Below are positions 25,512 to 32,000 of a stretch of DNA of 32,000 nt, piece by piece. A program made the position numbers and the translations under genes. Positions within the stretch are counted from its first letter, which is position 1. Every line of letters starts with the position of its first letter. The notes under the pieces are model-generated. The model had not been told where the DNA came from. It did not search any database and saw nothing but the letters and a program-made list of their open reading frames with translations. The DNA lies in assembly GCF_022701215.1 (NCBI RefSeq), contig NZ_CP089976.1, positions 1,680,001 through 1,712,000 of the forward strand, given 5' to 3'. The DNA is from Moraxella nasovis (GTDB lineage Bacteria; Pseudomonadota; Gammaproteobacteria; Pseudomonadales; Moraxellaceae).

Positions 25512-26749
25512 TAGTGGCCTCCTGTTACACGTTCTGGTGGTTGTTTGCATTTCTCAATCGATGTATAAAACGGCATCAGTAGGAAATACAAGAAGTACAA
25601 GATGGTGCAAACACGAGCAACTAAAGTCGCTGTTGGTGATGAGGCAACACCGCCTAAGTAACCTAGAATTAGGAAGCTTACCACAAAGATTGCTAAGGCG
25701 ATTTTTGATAGTACGCCTTTATAACGAATTGACTTCACAGGTGAACGATCAAGCCAAGGTAGTACAAACATAATCGCAATCGCACCACCCATAACAATCA
25801 CGCCAGGAAGAGCAGAGCCAAACATAGATGGCGTAGCACGAAGCATAGCATAAAATGGCATATAGTACCAAACAGGTGCAATGTGTGCTGGTGTTTTTAG
25901 TGCGTTTGCCACTTCAAAGTTTGGTTTTTCTAGGAAGTAACCACCACCTTCTGGGAAGAAGAATACCACAGCAAAAAAGCAGATGAAAAATACCACGATA
26001 CCTACTAAGTCATGCACAGTGTAGTAAGGGTGAAATGGTACGCCATCTAGTGGAATGCCGTTCTTGTCTTTTAGTTTTTTGATTTCAATACCGTCTGGGT
26101 TGTTTGAACCGACATGGTGCAAGGCAACCAAATGCATGAATACTAGACCAACCAACACCAGCGGGATAGCAACAACGTGCAGAGCGAAGAAACGGTTTAG
26201 GGTAATGCCAGAGATGATATAGTCACCCTTAACCCATTCGCCAAGTGCATCACCAATAAATGGAATGGCTGATGGCAAGTTTAGGATAACCTGAGCACCC
26301 CAAAATGACATATTCCCCCATGGTAGTAGATAACCAAAGAATCCTTCTGCCATTAAGCACAGGTAGATACCCATACCGATAATCCAAACAAGCTCACGCG
26401 GCTTGCGGTAAGAACCATACATAAATCCACGGAACATATGTAGATATACGACCACAAAGAACGCTGAGGCACCTGTTGAGTGCATATAGCGAATCAGCCA
26501 GCCGCCTTTGACATCACGCATGATGTATTCAAGCGAAGCAAAAGCACCTTCAGCACTTGGGTTAAACATCATGGTTAGCCAAATACCAGTAACCAATTGG
26601 TTTACCAGCACGACCATAGATAGCACGCCAAAGAAGTACCAAAAGTTAAAGTTTTTTGGTGCATAGTACTTTGACATGTGATATTCATAAGTCTCTGTCG
26701 CAGGAAAGCGAGCATCAACCCAGTTCATAAATTTCTTAGCAACGCTCAT
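25511..26749 (-). CDS. petB: Cytochrome b of the bc1 complex
   Basis: 412 aa, polytopic. Contains IRYMHSTGASAFF, WGAQVI, FFALHV and PEWY-like APVWYYMPFYAMLR motifs. Confidence 0.96.
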   Translation of the reverse strand: MSVAKKFMNWVDARFPATETYEYHMSKYYAPKNFNFWYFFGVLSMVVLVNQLVTGIWLTMMFNPSAEGAFASLEYIMRDVKGGWLIRYMHSTGASAFFVVVYLHMFRGFMYGSYRKPRELVWIIGMGIYLCLMAEGFFGYLLPWGNMSFWGAQVILNLPSAIPFIGDALGEWVKGDYIISGITLNRFFALHVVAIPLVLVGLVFMHLVALHHVGSNNPDGIEIKKLKDKNGIPLDGVPFHPYYTVHDLVGIVVFFICFFAVVFFFPEGGGYFLEKPNFEVANALKTPAHIAPVWYYMPFYAMLRATPSMFGSALPGVIVMGGAIAIMFVLPWLDRSPVKSIRYKGVLSKIALAIFVVSFLILGYLGGVASSPTATLVARVCTILYFLYFLLMPFYTSIEKCKQPPERVTGGH

Positions 26750-26751
26750 GA

Positions 26752-27336
26752 TTATGCCTCCCCAACAGTCAAGACAGTACCTTCAACCTTATAAATCGGT
26801 ACAGGTAGGTTTAGCGGTGCAGGCATGCTCTTAAACACACGTCCTGCCAAATCATACATCGATCCGTGACACGGGCAGAAGAAACCGCCTAGCCAGTCAG
26901 CACCACCTAAGTCAGCCGCACCAACTTCTGGGCGGAACATCGGTGCACAGCCTAGATGCGTACAGACGCCTTCAACCACGAGGATTTCAGGTACTATTGA
27001 GCGTGTCTCGTTTTTACAGCTTTCAGGCTGTACGGAAGCATCAGAGGTAGGGTCACTCAATTTCTCGGTAAGCTTACTTAAATTTGCGACCATCTCATCA
27101 GTACGTTTGACGACAAAGATTGGTTTTCCACGGTATTTTAGGGTGATCATTTGCCCATTTTCAACGCCGCCAATGTCTTGGACAACGGCTGCACCTGCAG
27201 CTTCCGCCTTGGCACTTGGGTACCATGAACGAACAAATGGGGTGGCAATCGCACCCACGCCAACTGCACCAATGGCAGCGGTGGACGCAATCAGAACTCT
27301 ACGGCGTTTAATATTCACGCCTTCGGCATGGCTCAT
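26752..27336 (-). CDS. petA: Rieske iron-sulfur subunit of the bc1 complex. The ORF extends to 27417, but the likely start is ATG 27336.
   Basis: Tat-type signal KRRRVLIAST. Rieske boxes CTHLGC and CPCHGS. GGAGGAAG RBS precedes 27336. Confidence 0.93.
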   Translation of the reverse strand: MSHAEGVNIKRRRVLIASTAAIGAVGVGAIATPFVRSWYPSAKAEAAGAAVVQDIGGVENGQMITLKYRGKPIFVVKRTDEMVANLSKLTEKLSDPTSDASVQPESCKNETRSIVPEILVVEGVCTHLGCAPMFRPEVGAADLGGADWLGGFFCPCHGSMYDLAGRVFKSMPAPLNLPVPIYKVEGTVLTVGEA

Positions 27337-27792
27337 TAAAACTTCCTCCAGAAAATGAATGGGGCTATCCCATACTGGGTGTGTGGCTATACCAAAACAT
27401 TTTGGCATATGCCACATTTGCTGTGCCTATTACATTACAAAAAATTAAACAAAATCTTACTTTGCTAAACATGTCTATTTTAAGCTATTTTTGCAATAAA
27501 ATAAATTACTCTGTTGCTAAGATGTGAAAAAAAGTGCAAAAATTTTAATAAAATGATAAAAAAATAGCAATTTTAAGCAAAATTTTAACATACCCTAGTA
27601 AATCACTAAGGATTTTTGGGTATTTTTTAGATATTTTGGTGGTGCTGGCGATTATTCATCATCTTTGGTTTTGGGTTGTTTTCTTAAGTAGATGATATCT
27701 TTTGATGGGCTGATATTATACTGATTTTAATGGGTATATGTAAACCCAAAAACATTAATGAATGCGTTGTTTTAGATGGAAATCTAAAACAA

Positions 27793-27826
27793 AAAACTCC
27801 CAGAATAATCTGAGAGTTTTTTTTTG
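27793..27826 (-). terminator. Terminator after rpsI
   Basis: The minus strand reads ACTCTCAGA-TTAT-TCTGGGAGT (one mismatch) followed by TTTTTTGTTTT. A second 9-bp hairpin (GTTTTAGAT-GGAA-ATCTAAAAC) lies at 27769-27790. Confidence 0.65.
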
Positions 27827-27839
27827 ATAACGTATAAGA

Positions 27840-28226
27840 TTAACGTTTTGAGAATTGTGGACGACGACGTGCTTTACGTAGACCCAATTTCTTACGTTCA
27901 ACTTCACGAGCATCACGAGTTACAAAACCTGCTGCTTTAAGAGCTGGTTTTAGAGTTTCGTCAGATTCTATTAACGCACGAGTAATACCGTGACGAATCG
28001 CACCTGCTTGACCGCTTGCACCACCACCAGTTACGGTGATGAATAGGTCGTAGCTTGATGCTGAATCTAGTAGCTCTAGTGGCTGACGCACGACCATGCG
28101 AGAAGTCTCACGACCGAAGTATTCGTCAAGTGTTTTACCGTTAATAACGATGTTGCCAGTGCCTTTAGACAAGAAAACACGAGCAGTAGAAGTCTTACGG
28201 CGACCTGTACCATAATTGCGTTCCAT
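27840..28226 (-). CDS. rpsI: 30S ribosomal protein S9
   Basis: [15 protein letters not shown]...[19 protein letters not shown]...[12 protein letters not shown]. Confidence 0.98.
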   Translation of the reverse strand: MERNYGTGRRKTSTARVFLSKGTGNIVINGKTLDEYFGRETSRMVVRQPLELLDSASSYDLFITVTGGGASGQAGAIRHGITRALIESDETLKPALKAAGFVTRDAREVERKKLGLRKARRRPQFSKR

Positions 28227-28236
28227 GTAATTCTCC

Positions 28237-28668
28237 TTAGATGTCTAGTACTTGTGGCTGCTGTGCTGCGTGTGGGTGTTCAGTACCCGCATACAGTTTT
28301 AGCTTTTTGATCATTGCATAGCCCAAAGGACCTTTTGGAAGCATACCTTTAACAGCTTTATGCAATACGTCTTCAGGCTTATGAGCGATTAACTTAGTGA
28401 AGTTAGTCTCTTTGATACCACCAGGGTAACCTGTGTGACGATAGTACTTTTTATCTAACGCTTTTTTACCAGTAACGGCAACTTTATCAGCATTGATTAC
28501 CACGATGTAATCGCCGGTATCAACGTGCGGAGTGTACGATGGCTTGTGTTTGCCACGTAGACGAGAAGCGATTTCGCTCGCTAGGCGACCCAATGTTTTA
28601 CCTTCAGCGTCCACGACATACCAGTCATGTACAACTTCAGCGGGTTTGGCACTGATAGTAGTAGTCAT
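28237..28668 (-). CDS. rplM: 50S ribosomal protein L13. The ORF extends to 28710, but the likely start is ATG 28668.
   Basis: [45 protein letters not shown]...[10 protein letters not shown]. The length from 28668 (143 aa) fits L13. Confidence 0.97.
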   Translation of the reverse strand: MTTTISAKPAEVVHDWYVVDAEGKTLGRLASEIASRLRGKHKPSYTPHVDTGDYIVVINADKVAVTGKKALDKKYYRHTGYPGGIKETNFTKLIAHKPEDVLHKAVKGMLPKGPLGYAMIKKLKLYAGTEHPHAAQQPQVLDI

Positions 28669-28785
28669 AAAAAACCTATAATTAAGTTGAGTTTGAGAGT
28701 TAAAAAACAAAAAACACCAAGCAAAAAGCCTGACTGTCTTTAGCTTTATGAGTTGGGGAAACGAGGGCTCTCAAAAAACATTGTA

Positions 28786-28814
28786 ATTTTACACGAGTTG
28801 GCTTGGTTATGCAA
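28786..28814 (-). promoter_or_regulatory. Sigma70-like promoter for rplM-rpsI
   Basis: The minus strand has TTGCAT (28814-28809), an exact 17-nt spacer and TAAAAT (28791-28786). This leaves a 5' leader of about 110 nt. Confidence 0.5.
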
Positions 28815-28834
28815 GTTATTTTGGTGGTTTTGGA

Positions 28835-29458
28835 TTAAATTGTACTAATTGGGCTAAATTGGGCTAAATAGGCGAAGACTTGTCCGACTTTAACCGACTT
28901 TAGGGCGGTAATTTTTAAATCGCTTAAAAGTGCGTCCAGCGGTGTGTCGCTTTCTATATATAGTAGAGTATCGGCATGATACAGCTGGTGAGTGTCAATC
29001 ATCTGAAGAATCGTCTGCCATAGATTAAGAGCATAAGGTGGATCGATAAATATCACATCAAAGGCGGTATTTAGCTTAGCCAAGGTGTCTTGGGCGGTGG
29101 CATTAAAAATGCTGACTTGGGTTTTGGTGAGTTTTAGGGTGTCGCTTGTGCGTTTAAGTTGACTGGCTTGGGCGATGTTTGGCTCAATAAAGGTAACAAA
29201 GGAAGCTCCACGAGATAGGCTCTCAAAGCCAAGCACGCCAGAGCCTGCACAAACATCTAAGACAACAGCATCGTGTATATCTGCCATCAGCCAATTAAAT
29301 AGCGTTTCTCTGAGTCGATCAGGCGTGGGGCGTAAGCCATCTGCATCAATAAAGCTGATTTGACGGCGTTTAAACTGCCCTCCGATAATGCGAACACTGC
29401 TGCATAAAGCTAAATTGGATTTGGGTCTTGATTTGGGTCTTATTGTTGTTTTTGACAT
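28835..29458 (-). CDS. rsmD: 16S rRNA (guanine966-N2)-methyltransferase RsmD
   Basis: RIIGGQFKRRQI, RPTPDRLRETLFNWL, VLDVCAGSGVLGFESLSRGA (SAM motif I) and FIDPPY (motif IV). Confidence 0.88.
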   Translation of the reverse strand: MSKTTIRPKSRPKSNLALCSSVRIIGGQFKRRQISFIDADGLRPTPDRLRETLFNWLMADIHDAVVLDVCAGSGVLGFESLSRGASFVTFIEPNIAQASQLKRTSDTLKLTKTQVSIFNATAQDTLAKLNTAFDVIFIDPPYALNLWQTILQMIDTHQLYHADTLLYIESDTPLDALLSDLKITALKSVKVGQVFAYLAQFSPISTI

Positions 29459-29618
29459 GGTGGAGATTAAATTTAATCAGTTGGCGTTATTTTAGCATGA
29501 TTTTTGTTAAAAAAGCACAGCTTTAGTACCTTACTACAACCCATTAATTGCCTAGTGTATCGTGTGGCGGGGTGCTTGCTGGATTATTTGGCTAATTTAA
29601 TGTAAAAAGCGTTCATAA

Positions 29619-30995
29619 ATGCGTTTTTTATCCAGCTTTTATGATAAAATGGGTGGATTTTTATTGATTGATTATCCTGTCATGTTTTCTACGCTTTGGC
29701 AATTACTAAAAGAACACCCTGAATTTATCGCCATGCTGACCATACCCCCTGTTACAGCATTCGTAACATGGGCGCATGTATGGATGGCGTTAGAAATGCT
29801 ATTTTACCCCATTAAGTTTTGGGGTATTCGCATTGCTAATATGCCTTTTGGGCTAAAGGGTATCGGCTGGCAAGGTATCGTGCCTGCCAAGGCGGGTAAG
29901 ATTTCTGGGGTTATTGTCGATCAGACATTAGCCAAGCTTGGTAATATCAAAGAGTTTTTGGAGGCGATGGAACCAAGCGAGATGGCGGATTTTGTAACCA
30001 ATGCGGTAGATGAGAATTTAGAAAGCATGATTGATGAGATCATGATGGAACGCTCTTATGCCATCTGGAGCCATACACCTTATGCGATTAAACGCCGTAT
30101 CTATGCGCACGCTCACCACGAACTGCCAAGTGTTATGAAAAATCTCGTGCTGGATCTGACCTATAATGTTGAAGATCTTGTGGATATGCGTGCGATGATT
30201 GTTCGCAAGATGGAAAAAGATCGCAAGCTGATGGTGGATATGTTCTTGCGTGTCGGCAAAAAAGAGATTAATTTCATCTGGAAAATCAGTGCGGTTATTG
30301 GCTTTGGCTTTGGTATCGTGCAGATGGCGATTTTTTATTTTGTGCCACAGCATTGGACTGTTCCTTTTTTTGCTGCCGTTTGGGGGGCGTTGACCAACTG
30401 GATTGCCATTTGGATGGTGTTTAATCCTGTTGAGCCTGTGAAGATTTCATTTATTAGATTGTTCGTTAAACAGCCAAATGGCAAGCTGCGTCTGTGCGTG
30501 CCACATTTTCACCGCTATGAATGGCAAGGCGGCTTTATGAAACGCCAAGATGAGGTATCTAGCGTATTTGCCCAGATCGTCGTTAATGAACTAGTGACGC
30601 TTGAAAATATCATGCATGAGATGATGTATGGCACAAGACAAGTGCAGACACGCAGACTGATTAAGTCGCACATGCACAGCTTACTGGAGTCGCCTGTGGT
30701 AGCGACAACTCTAAGAATGAGCATGGATACAGGCGAGATAGATCGCTTTGAGGAGACGATTATTGATAAGTCGATCGATGCAACTATGATGCCTATTCGT
30801 GATCCACTGCTTAATACATCTCGTGCTAGTAAAATCTTTGGGCTATTTGAAAGTCGCATTCGTGAGCTGTCGCCACAGGAGTTTCAGAACCTATTAAGAC
30901 CTGCCTTTAAAGAAGATGAGATGACGCTGGTAGTGCTAGGGGCGATTACAGGTCTATTTGCTGGGTGGCTACATTTAGTGGTGGTGTTTTTTTAA
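29619..30995 (+). CDS. Membrane protein, DUF445-like. The start may be further downstream.
   Basis: N-terminal TM region followed by GWQGIVPAKAGKISGVIVDQTL, and a C-terminal FQNLLRPAFKEDEMTLVVLGAITGLFAG plus TM. The pattern recalls the DUF445 family. Assignment is by recollection only. Confidence 0.5.
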   Translation: MRFLSSFYDKMGGFLLIDYPVMFSTLWQLLKEHPEFIAMLTIPPVTAFVTWAHVWMALEMLFYPIKFWGIRIANMPFGLKGIGWQGIVPAKAGKISGVIVDQTLAKLGNIKEFLEAMEPSEMADFVTNAVDENLESMIDEIMMERSYAIWSHTPYAIKRRIYAHAHHELPSVMKNLVLDLTYNVEDLVDMRAMIVRKMEKDRKLMVDMFLRVGKKEINFIWKISAVIGFGFGIVQMAIFYFVPQHWTVPFFAAVWGALTNWIAIWMVFNPVEPVKISFIRLFVKQPNGKLRLCVPHFHRYEWQGGFMKRQDEVSSVFAQIVVNELVTLENIMHEMMYGTRQVQTRRLIKSHMHSLLESPVVATTLRMSMDTGEIDRFEETIIDKSIDATMMPIRDPLLNTSRASKIFGLFESRIRELSPQEFQNLLRPAFKEDEMTLVVLGAITGLFAGWLHLVVVFF

Positions 30996-31351
30996 TATAT
31001 CTTAAGCTTTAACACATCTTTAAGGAAAGGGGGTGTGGTGAATATCATATAAAGCCATGCTGCTGGCAGTGTGCTAGCACGTCTGTGATGACGTAAGCAG
31101 CATTAATGTCACTTATCGGTAAGCGGCATAAGGCGATAAAAACTCAAACAATCTTAGGGTGGTGTATGCTAAGGGAAGAAGGCGTCCGCTAAACAGCTGC
31201 CAAAGAGTGGCTTGTTAGGCGTGCGATAATGGCTATCAAGATGGCTATGACGCCTACTAAACCCTAAAGTAGATAGATGATTAACTGTATGCCACCGCTT
31301 AGATCTTAGGCGTGGCGATGATAAGAATGGCACACGAGTAAGGTGGGTTTT

Positions 31352-32000
31352 ATGCTGATTACAGAACTTGGATATTTTACATTACTGATTGCTTTTATCT
31401 TAGCTATGCTCCAAGCTATCTTACCTGCACTTGGGGTTATCAGGCGACAAGTGCAGTGGCAGCGGCTCGCCCCAAGCCTTGCAATGGCTCAGTTTTTGGC
31501 GATGACGGTATCGTTCGGTGGTCTAATGGCAGGCTTTTTACTAAATGACTTTAGCCTAAGCTATGTTACATCGCATTCTAATTCGCTGTTGCCATGGTAC
31601 TATAAGATGTCAGCAGTGTGGGGCGGTCATGAAGGGTCGCTACTGCTATGGCTTATGATCTTATCAGCATGGTGTGCCTTAGTGGCACTGCTAAGTCGTG
31701 GACTGCCTTTAGATATTAAAGCTCGAGTGCTGTCGGTGCTAGGTGGTGTGCAGGTGATGATGATGGCGATGCTGATTTTTACATCTAGTCCGTTTGATCG
31801 CACCTTACCAAATATTCCTGTGGATGGGACAGACCTAAATCCACTACTTCAAGACCCTGGTTTAATATTTCATCCGCCAATGCTATACATGGGCTATGTC
31901 GGTATGGCTGTGCCTTTTGCTTTTTGTATTGCGGCTTTATGGGCAGGTAGACTAGATGCAGTGTGGACTCGCTGGAGTCGTCCGTGGACGCTGACGGCGT
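31352..32000 (+). CDS. ccmF: Cytochrome c-type biogenesis heme lyase CcmF, N-terminal 216 aa (runs off the window)
   Basis: Not in the ORF track because it is partial. My translation gives MLITELGYFTLLIAFILAMLQAILPALG...NDFSLSYVTSHSNSLLPWYYKMSAVWGGHEGSLLLW...LNPLLQDPGLIFHPPMLYMGYVG. AAGGTGG RBS lies before the ATG at 31352. Confidence 0.85.
   Translation, partial: MLITELGYFTLLIAFILAMLQAILPALGVIRRQVQWQRLAPSLAMAQFLAMTVSFGGLMAGFLLNDFSLSYVTSHSNSLLPWYYKMSAVWGGHEGSLLLWLMILSAWCALVALLSRGLPLDIKARVLSVLGGVQVMMMAMLIFTSSPFDRTLPNIPVDGTDLNPLLQDPGLIFHPPMLYMGYVGMAVPFAFCIAALWAGRLDAVWTRWSRPWTLTA

Noticed and set aside
25511-25550. Apparent 40-nt overlap of the petB and petC ORFs, and long N-terminal extensions on the petA and rplM ORFs
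   Set aside because: These are artefacts of longest-ORF calling. Internal ATGs with good RBS or signal-peptide context (25511, 27336, 28668) give canonical protein lengths. The TAATG stop-start junction of petB/petC is ordinary translational coupling.
31022-31340. CsrB/RsmZ-type sRNA suggested by several TAAGG words
   Set aside because: Only two of the sites are true GGA motifs, and they are not obviously displayed in hairpin loops. This is insufficient for an Rsm-family call.

Overview
This is a chromosomal window from a moderately AT-rich gammaproteobacterium. Gene order and protein motifs suggest Moraxellaceae (Moraxella or Psychrobacter-like), but that is inference, not a search result. 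Most of the window is ordinary housekeeping. Genes called: partial phosphoethanolamine transferase, pncA, tRNA-Leu, DUF475 membrane protein, carA, carB, greA, SirB-like membrane protein, NlpD-like LysM/M23 lipoprotein, surA-lptD, amgK-murU, a tRNA-Val/tRNA-Asp operon, metG, sspAB, a small YadA-type trimeric autotransporter, petABC (cytochrome bc1), rplM-rpsI, rsmD, a DUF445-like membrane protein and partial ccmF. The stand-out is a 2.47 kb, strongly AT-rich three-gene cassette (4463-6936) inserted between carA and carB, which are normally adjacent. It encodes a complete Mrr-like (Mrr_N plus Mrr_cat) nuclease, a Fic/Doc-fold protein whose catalytic His is replaced by Gln (QxFxDGNKR), and a C-terminal TIR protein. 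The TIR protein keeps an intact SxWxxEL catalytic-Glu motif and has an unrecognisable N-terminal domain with two CxxC motifs. The three genes are co-oriented with carAB, separated by 11-13 nt, lack terminators and mobility genes, and are preceded by a perfect 21-bp palindrome. I read this as a candidate undescribed anti-phage or abortive-infection module embedded in the carAB operon. Secondary observations: a perfect 16-unit in-frame hexanucleotide (Thr-Asp)n microsatellite in lptD, a GraL-like promoter-plus-terminator leader before greA, a hairpin with U-tract upstream of carA, and a ~0.93 kb ORF-free AT-rich region with a C6 tract upstream of the adhesin gene. No CRISPR array, rRNA, IS element or integrase was seen.
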